From: Ascoidea asiatica JCM 7603
Taxonomy: Eukaryota > Fungi > Ascomycota
Assembly: GCA_001600695.1 (NCBI GenBank)
Contig: BCKQ01000002.1
Coordinates: forward strand, 1,899,434 to 1,963,433
DNA: 64,000 nucleotides
Reading direction: 5' to 3'
The notes beneath the pieces are model-generated. The model was not told the origin of the DNA. It worked only from the letters and a program-made list of their open reading frames with translations, and did not search any database. Positions 33,683-46,800 of the stretch are shown in pieces (position 1 is the stretch's first letter; every line of letters starts with the position of its first letter). The translations under genes and the position numbers were made by a program.

Positions 33683-35812
33683 TTAACTTGATGATTCTTT
33701 TTCTAAAACAGGCTTAGACTTAATTGATCTTAATTCATTTTCAACTTGAGTTTGAACAATATGCATTTGTTCTGGATTTTCATTTTGCCATTCTCTTAAT
33801 TTATAAGTTTGTCCAGTTAAATCCCAATATAATCCTCTAATAGTTGTATAAATATCATAATATCCTTCAATAATTGGATAAACACAAACAACCATTCCAC
33901 AAAAAAAAATCCAAAGAAATCCAACAACAATCCATCCAGTAAAAAATTTTTTACTAAAAACATATCCACTTCCATACATTGGCATTGGCCATAATATTAA
34001 TAAAGCTAATGTTAAAAATATGACAATATATAAACCTCTTTTTGCATCTCTTGCAAGCATTAAAGATTCTTTTTCAAGAAAATTTTCATCAATTTTTTTT
34101 AATGCAATTTCTTTTGAAATACTTGTAATTGAAGTTATAGTATTAATTTTATTTTCTTCATCATTTTTATTATTAATATTTGTTGCTTCAATAATTTCTT
34201 CAGTTTCATCAACTTTTTTAATATTAGTTTTTAATAAATCCCAATTAAAATTTTGTTTACCAAATACATATGTAAAAAATGGAACAAAAATTATTGGTGA
34301 TAATAATGCAACTACATTTCCTGTTAACATTGGATTATCTTCAAATGTTGTATCTACAGTTAATTTTCCAAATTGTTGTTTTGTACAAACTAACCAACCA
34401 ATAAGTGCAAACATTAAACCTAAAAATGGTGAACAAACAACTGCAATTGTATTTTGATCTTTCCATAATAATGTTAAAGCTGCTGGTAATACATTACTAC
34501 CAATTATTATACCCATAAGTTCATATAAATAACCCATTGAAATTCCTGCATAATATAATCCAACACCAAAACCAGCCATAATTATTGCAAAAATTACAAC
34601 AGTTGTATGTGACATATAAATTAAATTTTTTGGTTTTGCATTTGGATTAATATAAGTTTTATAAATATCAAAAGTAAAAATTGTTGAAACTGCAATTAAT
34701 TCTGCAGACATTGCAGATGTCACTGCCATAAAAATTATAAGTAAAGAAGCATAAGCACCACCTTTACCTAATAAAGCAGTTGCAGCAGAAGGTAAAGCTA
34801 AACCTGCATTAATTTGAGAAGTACTTAATGGATTTGGATAAGTTGGAAAACTTGGATCAGATTCTAAAGCTCTTGCAATTAAACCCATTAAACTAACAAA
34901 AAATGGAATTGAAAACCATGCTAAACCACTTATAACATAAGCAGATAAAGCATGATCAGGTCTACAAGCAATTGCTTTATTCCAATAACCATTATCAAGA
35001 AATACAGTACCAAAATTTCCAACAATATTTATAACAAAAAAAATTCCACCAGATCTTGATTTCATTGTTAAAAATGAACCTTGAGAATTACCATCAATTG
35101 GATTTTCTTCACCAATTTTAGTTATAATATCATAAATTTTATCAGGAGAACCTAAAGTTTTTGAAGTTGCAAAAGCAGTGAAACCAAATACAAGAGCTAT
35201 AATTACAATTACACAAGTATGTAAATAATCAGTAATTAAAGTACTTTTTAAACCTCCAACAATTGTATATAAAACAACACCAACAGGTAATAAAAAACAA
35301 GCAGCAGCAGTTGGCATACCAGTTAATTCATTTACAACTGCAGAACCACCAGTTACTAACATTGAAGTAACTAAAATATTTGTTGCTAAAGCAAAAAATA
35401 AAAAAACACAATGACCATAAGTACCATATCTAACTTTTATAACTTCTAAATAAGTATGAGCATCAGGAGCACGTTGTTTTAATTTTATTGCAAGAGTTGC
35501 AAATAAACAAATTTGAATTGAAGCACCAGAAGCATAATAAAATCCACCAGAAATACCATTTTTATAAACTTGAGTTGTTGAAGTTAATAAAGTTGCAGCC
35601 CAAGTCCAAGAACTTACAACACCTGCACAAATTAAACCAAAACTAACATTTCTACCTGCAGTTGAAAATTCTTCTGCAGTCATTATTTGTTTTTGATAAC
35701 GTTTTAACATTAAAGTAATTGCAATCATTATAAAAGCAAAAGCAAAACCTAAGCCAATAACTATACCATAACCAGCACCACCACTAAGTGGTTGATAAGT
35801 AACATCAGCCAT
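33683..35812 (-). CDS. DUR3: Urea/polyamine active transporter (SSS family)
   Basis: PLSGGAGYGIVIGLG, AEEFSTAGRNV, VVSSWTWAATLL, GNFGTVFLDNGYW, LILWPMPMYGSGYVFSKKFFTGW; GATAAG sites upstream (36286, 36551). Confidence 0.95.
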   Translation of the reverse strand: MADVTYQPLSGGAGYGIVIGLGFAFAFIMIAITLMLKRYQKQIMTAEEFSTAGRNVSFGLICAGVVSSWTWAATLLTSTTQVYKNGISGGFYYASGASIQICLFATLAIKLKQRAPDAHTYLEVIKVRYGTYGHCVFLFFALATNILVTSMLVTGGSAVVNELTGMPTAAACFLLPVGVVLYTIVGGLKSTLITDYLHTCVIVIIALVFGFTAFATSKTLGSPDKIYDIITKIGEENPIDGNSQGSFLTMKSRSGGIFFVINIVGNFGTVFLDNGYWNKAIACRPDHALSAYVISGLAWFSIPFFVSLMGLIARALESDPSFPTYPNPLSTSQINAGLALPSAATALLGKGGAYASLLIIFMAVTSAMSAELIAVSTIFTFDIYKTYINPNAKPKNLIYMSHTTVVIFAIIMAGFGVGLYYAGISMGYLYELMGIIIGSNVLPAALTLLWKDQNTIAVVCSPFLGLMFALIGWLVCTKQQFGKLTVDTTFEDNPMLTGNVVALLSPIIFVPFFTYVFGKQNFNWDLLKTNIKKVDETEEIIEATNINNKNDEENKINTITSITSISKEIALKKIDENFLEKESLMLARDAKRGLYIVIFLTLALLILWPMPMYGSGYVFSKKFFTGWIVVGFLWIFFCGMVVCVYPIIEGYYDIYTTIRGLYWDLTGQTYKLREWQNENPEQMHIVQTQVENELRSIKSKPVLEKESSS

Positions 35813-37488
35813 TTGTATTTGTATTTGTATTTGTATTTGTAATTGTGATCGTGATCGTGATTGCTATTTTTATTGAAGAGTGTTTATGTATTTGTTGTTA
35901 CTGTTGTAATATAATATTGAATATTGAATATTGAATATGGATAATAATAATTATAAATTAGAATAAATTAAATTAAAAAACCGTTTAAAGTGGAAATTTT
36001 AAACATATTTATATTATAACTAAGATTAATTGAATTGAGTTGAATTAAATTGAATTGTAATTGAAATCAAATTTGAAATATAAAATTTTTTTTTTCTTTT
36101 ATTGTTTGAGAGATTAAATCAATCAATTTAGGATCATTTCTATAGAGAAAAAGTAAGTTTAGTTGAGAAATAAACTATTATAGTACTGTACAGTATATTA
36201 CTACCATAGTAGTATTACTAGTATTACTAGTATTACTAGTATTAGTTGTAATAAGTAATAAAGTATTATGAGACTAAAATAGTATGATAAGTAAATTAAA
36301 CGTCACAAATTTTAATTAACTAAAGTAATATTAATACTATTAAAGATAAAGAAAATGAAAAAAAAGCCATACGAAATTGAATTTTAGTTATAAATTTGAA
36401 TCTGCCGAAAAATTGAATTGAAATTGTGAAATATTTAAAAGTATTTAAAAGTATTTAAGGTGTAAAAAGAAAAGTAGCTTAATTACATAAGAAATATAAG
36501 AATAAAGTGAAATAATAAAATAATATATGAAAGAAGCATATAAAGTTACTGATAAGGATGGCTCATACTCTGACAGCGGCGAAAATCAGAACTCAAACAG
36601 CGCACATGTATAATAACTATAAATGGGATATATCTTTACAAAAAAGTATACTTGTTCACTAAACACCCGCTGTAGCTGAACTAGTTTTAAGAAAATGCAT
36701 TTTTTGGTTCTGGTGAAAGTGAAGTGTCTGCATGGTGGGCATGTGGCATGAGCCGGGGTGAAAATGGTTTGGCGTGAAAAACGCAGGTTTTTGGTAACTC
36801 GAACAGCAAAAAGATCCCAAAGAAAAATCAGCCATTTTTAAAATGTGAATATGCAATTCCAAGAGCTCACAGTTCTTAAAGCTGTTCTTGGATTTCTGAA
36901 GTTCTTAGTAGGTTTGAAGCTTTTTTCAATTTCAGCCGAAATGGAAGTGCAATTTCTCTGATCAATTTCAGATAAACCTCGAAAATTGGATTACAAGAAC
37001 CAATTTAGTTATTGGTTATCTTTATAAGGGGTTTAGATATGCATTTGTGTGAAAATGCATAAAAAGGGTTGATGACTGACACATCAGAAAGAAAACAAAA
37101 ACAAAAAAACGTTCAAAAGAAGGATCAACTCGGTACCTTCGACTTTCAAAAGAATTGTAAATTCCAGAAGCCAATACCAGAGAAGAAGAAATGAAATGAG
37201 GCCTGGGACTGCTGGGATTTCAAAGATTTCAAAGATTTCAAAGATTTCTGGATTTTCGGCGAGCCACAAACACAGACAGCATGCGGACTGCGGCCAGGCA
37301 GCGCATGAGATAGCACTAGGAGCAGGAGCGCGCAACCAACGACGAATCAAGCAAAAAAGAGCGTGGAGAAATCTGCTGACAGAAAAAAAAATGCAACCTC
37401 AAAAGACATGTGATAATGGTTAAAGCCATTAATTTTCAGCAAATAGATGGTATCATATATGCTCACTAGAAAAGCAACTAACGTTTTA

Positions 37489-37568
37489 GGCAACGTGGCC
37501 GAGTGGTTAAGGCGAAAGATTAGAAATCTTTTGGGTTTACCCGCGCAGGTTCGAGTCCTGCCGTTGTC

Positions 37569-37569
<1 letters not shown>
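37489..37569 (+). tRNA. tRNA-Ser(AGA)
   Basis: GGCAACGTGGCCGAGTGGTTAAGGCGAAAGATTAGAAATCTTTTGGGTTTACCCGCGCAGGTTCGAGTCCTGCCGTTGTCG with long variable arm and poly-T terminator. Confidence 0.97.
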
Positions 37570-37599
<30 letters not shown>

Positions 37600-37727
37600 T
37601 CTTTCTTTTTTCTTTCCTTTTTTATTCATGATTAAATAATTGAAACTTTTCTTTATTTACTTAATGTATATTTATTATTATTTACAGAATGCATTATTTA
37701 TAGAGAAAAATATTAGATTCCAAGAAT

Positions 37728-38494
37728 TCAATTAATGAGATTTATACCTGGTTTAGTTCCTTTAACAACTCCAATTAAATATTTTTTACCAATTTTTTTG
37801 ATCATTTCATCATCATGTAACATTGAAAAAGTTTTTGTTGCATCTCTTCCACCATATGATAATAATGCTTCTTTCCCACCAGGATGTAAATTAAAAAATT
37901 TATTAACTTCAAAAACAAAATTTTTAATGATTATCCAGCAACTTTCTTCTTTTGAATGTTTATAAATTTCTTCAATTGAAATTTCATTTTTTAAAATTTT
38001 ATTTAAAATTTCATTTTCTTCATTTGAAATTTTTTCTTTAGAAATAATAATATTTTTATTTTCTAAATTTGATTTTGTTTTAACTTTTTCATTTTTTTCA
38101 TTAATTTCATCATTATCATTATGGTTATCATTATGGTTATCATTATGGTTATCATTATGGTTATCATTATCATACATTGATAATCTTTCTAATAAATATT
38201 TAGTTGCTGATTTTCCTGCAATTCTTCCAAAACAAACACATGTTAATAATCCTGATCCACCTAATCTATTCTCACCATGAATATTTCCAATTATTTCACC
38301 TGCTGCAAATATTCCATTCATTATTTTCTCATTTTCTTTTAAAATAACTCTTGAATTTTCATCAATTTTAATACCTCCCATTGTATAATGAATAACTCGA
38401 GTAATTATTGAAACATCAAATTCATCATCAATACTAAATTTCTCAGGAAATATACTTTTACCAAATTTATCAATTGTTCTTATCTTTTTATTCC

Positions 38495-38533
<39 letters not shown>

Positions 38534-39074
38534 AAGTTATTTTTTTCTTTTCATTTAATGAATATTCATAACATTTATTATAATTTTTAAATTCTTTTTT
38601 TAAAATTTCTAAATCACATCCAATATATTTACTTAATTCTTTACCATTTTTAAAATTTTTCATTAAAAATTTATTTTTATAATTTTTTATATGATATGGT
38701 AATTTATTTGAAATTTTTTTATTTAAAATTAAATAAATTTTACCTAACTTTTCAAAATTCTTCATTTTCTCACAAATATAATCTCTTGTACCTAATTCAT
38801 TAACAAATCTTTTTCCTTTATAATTTAAAATTATTGCTCCTTCTCCTCTTAATGCTTCTCCTGCTAAAAATTTAAATTTACAATTTATATTATTTGGATC
38901 AATTAATCCTGTTGGATGAATTTGAACTTTATCTAAATCAATTCCAATTCCACCAGCTTTTAATATTAATTTATGTCCATCTCCTGTAGCATGTTTTCCA
39001 TTACTTGTAGATAAATTTAAAAGATCTGGTCTATATTTATTTAATAACGATTCATAATTATTTTTTTCTTCTTT

Positions 39075-39124
<50 letters not shown>

Positions 39125-39823
39125 AATCTGCTGCATATCCACCTGTAGCTAAAATAACCGGTCCAATTAATTTAATTTCTTTACCAAATCTTTCAAATAT
39201 AACTCCTGGATTTGGTAATGTTAATAATTCAATTACTTTTGAATTTGTTAAAATTAAACATTTTTCATAATTTTCTTCAGAAATTTGAATTAATTTTTCA
39301 TATAATGTATATGTAATTTCCATTCCAGGAAATTTTAAATTATTTGAACGATGTGTTCTTGGTACTGAATGTCCACCTAAAATTGATAATTTATTTAAAT
39401 TTAAATTAAAATTTTCTTCTAACCAATTTAAATTCTTATTACTATTACACACTAATTTATATAATAATTTAAAATCATTTTTACCCTTTGAAGATTTCAA
39501 TGAATCTTTTAAAAAAATTTTATTTGAATCTTTTAAATTTAAATCTAATTGATATTTTGATCCTGATGCATTTATTCCTGATGTCGCTTTTATTGAATTT
39601 CCTCCAAAAAATGAACTTTTATCTAAAATAATTATATTTGAACCATTCATTAAACATTGATGAGCTGCTACAATTCCTGCTAAACCACCTCCAACGATTA
39701 TAATCTATTAAAAAACAAAATTAAAGTTAGATATTTGAAATTTTCCAATAAAATATATTTGAATGTAAGAAAATAATTACATACTGGATTCTTCGGAAAT
39801 TTTATATTCTCTTCAATTGTCAT
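37728..39823 (-). CDS. Soluble fumarate reductase-type flavoprotein (OSM1/FRD1 family) fused to C-terminal cytochrome b5; two exons (39785-39823, 37728-39704), 671 aa
   Basis: Exon 1 MTIEENIKFPKNP; intron GTATGT..ATCTAAC..TAG (39705-39784); exon 2 begins IIIVGGGLAG (FAD GxGxxG); GGNSIKATSGIN, QIHPTG, EALRGEG, HYTMGG, HGENRLGG; b5 motifs HPGG..GRDAT..H. Confidence 0.88.
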
Positions 39824-40850
39824 TATAATGTAGATTATAGTATATTTAAAGTTAAAATAATTGATATATTTATAATATAATTGAATTGATTAACATATTT
39901 CTATTATTGCTGAATAATTGAAGGAATCTCAATGCTTTTAAAACTCGTATCAAAAAACATTTTGGAAGAAAATCATTTGAATAAAAATTGTAAGAACTCT
40001 AGAAAAAATTATCATTAGAAATTTCATTGAAAATATTAACTAGAAAATTTTATGTTTTTGTATTTACCAATAGCCAATACTCAAAAAGACAGTTAAACAG
40101 GTTAAAATATTCAAGAATAGAAATATTCTATTAAAACCCTCCCTTGTGAGCAAATATTTAAAAGAATAAGCTTAAAATGGGATGAAAAGTCAGATGAATT
40201 GTATGCTTTTGAAGAATTAATCGTTGAATTTTGGTATACTTTGGAATATTTTCATATTTCTATACAAGAATATTATAATTTTAGAATAATATTTATTTGC
40301 AGAAAGCAGAAAGGAAACCCTCATTTCTGGCTTTGAACTACAAAAAAAAAAAAGCTTTTATGCAGGTATACATATTAATGCAGTAACAAGCAGACAAAAA
40401 CAGAAAATCCGTGTTTGTGGTACTGATTATGTAATCCATTAGCTAATGGCATTTTTTTAATCGGGAATTCGGGTAAACAACGGCTTTGAACGGGTTTTAG
40501 CGCTTTTTTATTTTATTGAAGAGAATTTGGATAAAAAGAGCAAATCTGATTACAATTTGAAAAAAATATTTCAATCTTTACCTTTACAGTAGTACTTAAA
40601 ATAGAGTAATATAAAACTGACTAAGAATGAATTCTCTGATTAAGTTAAAATTGACTATATTATCAGGAATATCATTAGCTCACTACTATCTAAATCAAGT
40701 AATTTTAATATCTTCAATGGAAAATCAGCATTTTACAAGTTAATATTTTAAACAGTACCGTTTTCAAAATTTTTTTATCAATTTTTTTTTAATCAATTTG
40801 AAAAAGACATTAATAATTTTTTTGAATTTCTTCCAAAAAGGTAGAAAAAC

Positions 40851-43800
40851 ATGTCTTCGATTGATAGTTCAAACAAGAATGATTTCAGAAATAATATAAT
40901 TCATAATGATCAGATATTGGTTACTGAATTCAATTTATCTAATATAATTAAGTTTTTGAATTTCAAAAATGACATAGATTCAAATATTATTGCAAGTTCA
41001 AACTCAATAATAGATTCAACTTCTTCATCATATTATACAAATAATAATATAATTCCGGATAAAAGTATTCAAAATAATAATAATTCAATTAATAATGAGA
41101 ATAAGGAAAATATTAATATTATAGATTACAATATAAATTCCAATTTTGGTTTCAAATTACTTAAACATCATGTAAAGATATATGAAAGTTTAAAAAAATT
41201 AATTTCAGATTATGATTTCAATAATCCTTTAAACAGTGTTGAAATCAATGAAAATGATGATATACAGAATTCTGAAACTGAATTAGATATCTCAAACCCA
41301 AATGATCTCAGATCAGAAATAAAGAATGAACTTGAAGATTTACGATTTAGCCGATATAACCGTAATGGGAGTTCCAATAAAAATAATAATAAAACTAAAA
41401 TTTTTAATCAAAAGGACTATAACAAAAAAAACAGTAATAATGAAATTGATTTTAATAATGTAAATATAAATAATCTTCATGAAAATGATTCTGAAATCAC
41501 TAATAATAACATTTTGGATACGGTAGATAACAATGATGCTCAACAAATAAAAGTTGAAGATGTTGATATTGAGAGTTTAAGTAGTGGCAATTTAAAGGGT
41601 GATGTTTTTGATAATGATACTCCTGATATCGATGACCAGGAAACTATTACTAATATCACCAGTTCAAGATCCTCGAATAATATGAATATGTCCAACAATA
41701 ATAGCCAAAATATAATTGAAAAGCTGAAGTTATCAGAAAAGGTTAACTTCTTTTTCGATGATGATTTTATTATGAAACCGATTGATCTTAAAAATTTAAA
41801 GCCTTCAATTAATATTAAAGGTAGAAAAAGGAAAGCTTCAATCAAAGCTAAGAATCAAAAGCCAGATAAAAATAAGAATAGAAATGTGAAAAGTATCCAG
41901 CCGAGTACCACCACTTCGAACAAGAAAAGAAAATTCACCAGTAAAACCTCGAAAACCATTAATAGTACTATAATTTTTAAGGAACCCGAATTAAAAAATA
42001 AAGAAGAGAGGCAAATCTCAGAAAATATCGAAAGTGTCAGTGAAATTGAACAGACAGATAATATCATACCTATTGAATATGATGAATCAGATTTGGAAGA
42101 TATTTGCGAGATTGAGAATAAGTTTCCAATACAAACTATTTCCACAAACCAAGGGTTTGAATTGGATCAACAATCTAATAATCTACAAGAAATTGACTCA
42201 ACTAATTTTTTAATAGAAGTTCATTCCAAAGTTTTGAAATATAGAAAAAAAATTAATAATAAAAATTTAAAGACTTTTACTTTAGAGTCTTTAAGATTAT
42301 TCTCTTTTGAAATAAACAAGGAAAATTATAATCAAATTTCTAATCATCTATCTTTGATTAATTCGGACTTAAAGTTTCGTTCTCAATCACAATCCAGGAA
42401 TCAAAATCCCAATGAACTGAATAGCACCAGTAGTAATACTTTAAATATAGAATCATTGCTTGATTTTTTTCCTCCTACTTTGAATTTATCCTTAACAGAA
42501 TTAAGTAATGATTATCATAATGATAAAGAAAATGAGAATGATGAAAATGATGTTAATTCATTTCAAATCAATATAAGTATAAATTATAAGATTAACTTGA
42601 TTGTAAACAATAATTTTAATAATCTAATTTCAAATTCAAACAATTTTATAAAAATAGATACTTTGTTCAATTTATATTCTGTTTTCGAGAAAAATAATTT
42701 TATTTCTTATAATGATGCTAATCTGAAAATAGATAATTTTAGCAATTTGGTTGAAGATATATCATGTAACTTGTATTATATTTATCCTTTTTTGAATTAT
42801 TTGAGCAAAAGCTCATATAACCGGATTCTTTTGGATCTCAAAAAATCTTTGACCGAAAAATCAAAAAATAGTTCAATATTCTCAAATTTAAATAAAAAAA
42901 AAGCTTCCTTTATCACTCCTCATTACTTTTATACTTTAATAACAGAATATACAAGGAATTTAAATTTCAATGCGAATGATAATAACTTCAAAAGATATTT
43001 TACAAAATTAATTCAGAATTTAGAGCAAGATTCGTTAGTATTAGATTTGGATGCAGATTTATTCAATTTTCAAAAAAGGACTTTATTGTGGCTATTAAAT
43101 AATGAAAATATGCTTTACAATTTTAATACAAATAAAATTGAATCCTCTAAATTCTTCAAGGATGATTTCTTCAAGATTAAAAAAAAAATAAGCTCACACT
43201 CTTTTACAAAACAACTACTGAAAAAAGAGCAAGTTCATTTTGAAAATACTAAACCGTCAAAAAAGCAAGTTCATGTGGAAAAAGTTTATTATAATTATCA
43301 TTATATTCTTTACTTATTAAACAAAATTTCTTTTGGCTGGATTCGGCTAAATTTTGATATATTAGATAAAAGATTAACTATACCACCGCAAAATAATTTA
43401 GCTGAGCCTTCATTTTTAGATCCATTCCCACCCTATAGATACTATTGGTACAATAAATTTACTGGAAATTTGTTCAGCTCTGAGACAATATTGGCATTTT
43501 TGACTGGAACTTATAATACTACTTTAAACCTTCAAAATGACCAATATAGTGGCTTTTTGAGGCCTGGATTGTATGCTCAAAATTTATTATCCGAAGAAAT
43601 GGGGTTAGGTAAAACTCTTGAATTAATTTCTCTAATTTCGTTAAACAAAAGATTGGACTTACCCATTTACGAATACAAGGATTATCACAATTTAACAATA
43701 AATTATAATTTGGAATCAAATAACGATAATTTTGAAGGAAATGAAAGATATGCCTATGATTCAACCTTGGGTAGATTTGTCTTAAAGTCCAAAACAACTT

Positions 43801-46800
43801 TGATTATCTGTCCAGAATCAATTTTGTCGCAATGGGTTGAGGAAATTTTCAAATACTCCACCAACTTGAAAGTTTTAAACTATGAGGGCTTGAAAGAATT
43901 CTACAAACAGCTATTGGAACAAGATTTGTTGAATAAAAAAAAAAAATCTAACAAAAATTGTAATGCAAATAGTTCACATACTCATCATAGCAATACAGAA
44001 CTGGATGCAGAGAATAAAACCGAATGTAATGATATTACTACTCAAAAATATCTAATCAATCATTTAGAAACTCTTGACAAAAATCGCGTTGCTTATGAGC
44101 TTGCCCAGTATGATATTGCTATAACTTCATATCAATGTGTTTCAAAAGAACTTCACTTTGCTTTGTATAATCCAAATTTAAGAAATACTAGAAGTAGAAC
44201 TAATAACGAAGAATCCTATAATTATTTCTCGCCTTTGGTGCTTCTTCAATTTTGGAGACTTATTTTAGATGAAGTTCAAATGGTTTCTTCCAAATCTTCA
44301 AATCCCTCTAGAATAACTAAGATTATCTCAAGATGTCACTCTTGGGGAGTTTCAGGTACACCAATAAAAAAGAATCTTCATGATTTATCACATTACCTTA
44401 CTTTTTTAAGAAAAGAGCCTTTCTTGTCGAACGAAAAAGTTTGGGATCTTTTGATCAGTAATGCTGATGATTTTAGAAATCTCTCCATGAATCTAGCAAT
44501 CAGACATGATAAAGCAATGGTTAGATATGATATCTCATTACCTGTCCAAGAAAGAATATTATTAACAGTTTCTTTTTCTCCGATCGAGCAAAATAATTAT
44601 GAACATTTATATAAGCAATTCTTGACTTCGGTTTCTTTGAATATTAAAGGAGAACCTATTGTCGATGACTGGGAGCCAAATTCAATTATCCATTCTCGAA
44701 TGTCTGAGTGGTTAGTACGATTGAGGCAAACTTGTTGTCATGCAAATATGGGAAGAAATAAGCAGACTAAATCTTCAAGTATTAAAACTCTCGATCAACT
44801 TCTTGTGGATCTTCTAGATGATGTAAGAAGTAAGGTCAACACATTAGAAAGAGATGAAATCAATTTAGTTTTTGAAAGAGCATGTATAAAAGAGTTCTTG
44901 AATAAATCTATGGAGTTCAAAAATATTGTAATGGAATATTATAGTTCTATAAAAAGGAAAATTGAGAAGACCACTAAAGAACTTTCTATCTTGGAAAAGT
45001 GGAAACAGGAGAGAGAGGAATTAGATGTTTCTTTGGAAGAATCTAATTCCTCTCGTGATGTAGAAATTGATGAGGATGACTACATTGTCAGGTCAAAAGC
45101 AAGGTTAAGATCATGGTATGAGGCTTTACACAAATATTATTTTATGATAGGTTCTGCTCATTTCCAAATAGCGAATGATATTGCTAAAAAGGGCAAGTTT
45201 GAGGCAAAAGATTTAGAAGATCTAGTTAAATGTAGTATTCCCGTATCTGAAGCTGATGAAAATGATGATCAATCGATTTCTAAGAACAATTATGTCAGAA
45301 ATAAAAAACTCGAAAATTTATATTATAGCAAAGCTGAAATGATTAGAGATGATTTGCTTTTAGAGCAAACGAATCTAGTAGAAGAAGGGATAAAAAAACT
45401 CAAGAAAAAGAATTTGAAAATAGACTTTCCACAAATTGATGTCACGCTCTTTGCAACAGCAAATATACCGAAAATAACGAACTTAAATCTTAGAATCCAC
45501 TTCAATTATGTTTTTAGAGTTATTGATGAACTGAATATACAAGGAAAAAAAATAACTGAATGGATCAAAGAATTAAAAACTATCTTAATGACTGGAGCTC
45601 TTGACTATAAAAGTAAAGGTGATGAATATGCTGAATCATTAATCGATCAAGATAAGTCTTTTTATTTATTCAAAGTTATTGAAAAAGCGATTATGCATAG
45701 AAGTGTATTGATTCAAGGTAGATCGCAGTTTTTGCCCTCTAGTTTTGCAGGGACGCTTTTTAATGAGCCCATAATGCTTGATATTAAAGTGAAAAAAGCA
45801 GAAGATGAAAATGATATAATTAATACCTTCAAAGAGAATTTAGAAAAATCTTTGAAAAAGATCACTCCTTCTATTTGTTTATCTAACGACTTTTTAAATT
45901 TATCAGTAAAGGCATTAATTATTAAATCCAAATCTTTTGAAAATAGGGATAATCATGAAGTTTTAACAAAAACAGAAATTAAGGAAGTAAGCTTATTATA
46001 TACCAAATTAAATAAATTCTATCGGCAAGAGAACTCAGTTTTAGAAAGTTTTAAAAAGCAAGTTTTTCAAAGCTTCAATACTTTGCATAATATAAAAGCT
46101 CAATATTATGCTCAATTACAAGTAATATCGGACAGTGTTCAAGACGCTGATATGAATAAATATAAGGGAAGATTTGTAAAAGACGATATAAAGGATATGA
46201 AAATTGAGGATAAATTATCTATTCTTGATAAAGCAGAAGAAAATATAGTTCAAAAAATAGAGCATATAAAAACTAAAATTTCTAAAAACAAAGGTAGAGT
46301 TCAATATTTAGAAACATTGAGCGAGAAGCATTTAGCTGTTTCAGAATCAAGAAAAGAAAACAAAGAAACAGAAAATGAAAGAATTTGTATTATATGCCGA
46401 AGTAGTATTACTATTGGTGTTTTAACTGAATGTGGTCATCAATATTGTAATGATTGTTTAGATTTATGGTTAAAAAATCATAGAACCTGTCCAATTTGTA
46501 AACGACAAATAATCAAAAGTAATATTTATAATTTTACATTCCCAAGGCGAAGTTTGAAAGTTAATTTAATCCCTAATTCAAATGTTACTGCTGATGAAAA
46601 TCATAGTAGTCAAAATTTCAATATTAATGGTACTAAAAATTCTAATGATAAAACAAGTCAGTTAACTTTATATAATAGAGTGGAAGATGAAAAATTAAAA
46701 GAAATCAATAATTTAAGTCTTAATTCCAAATATAGATATGGATCAAAAGTTGATATAATAATTAAATTGATATTATATTTGAAATCTAAAGATGAAAATG

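Noticed and set aside
35813-36700. TPP riboswitch as described for yeast DUR31 genes
   Set aside because: The protein is DUR3-type, and no CTGAGA...GATCTGGATAATACCAGCG core is present; the TCTGGATAAT at 52581 also lacks the rest of the aptamer
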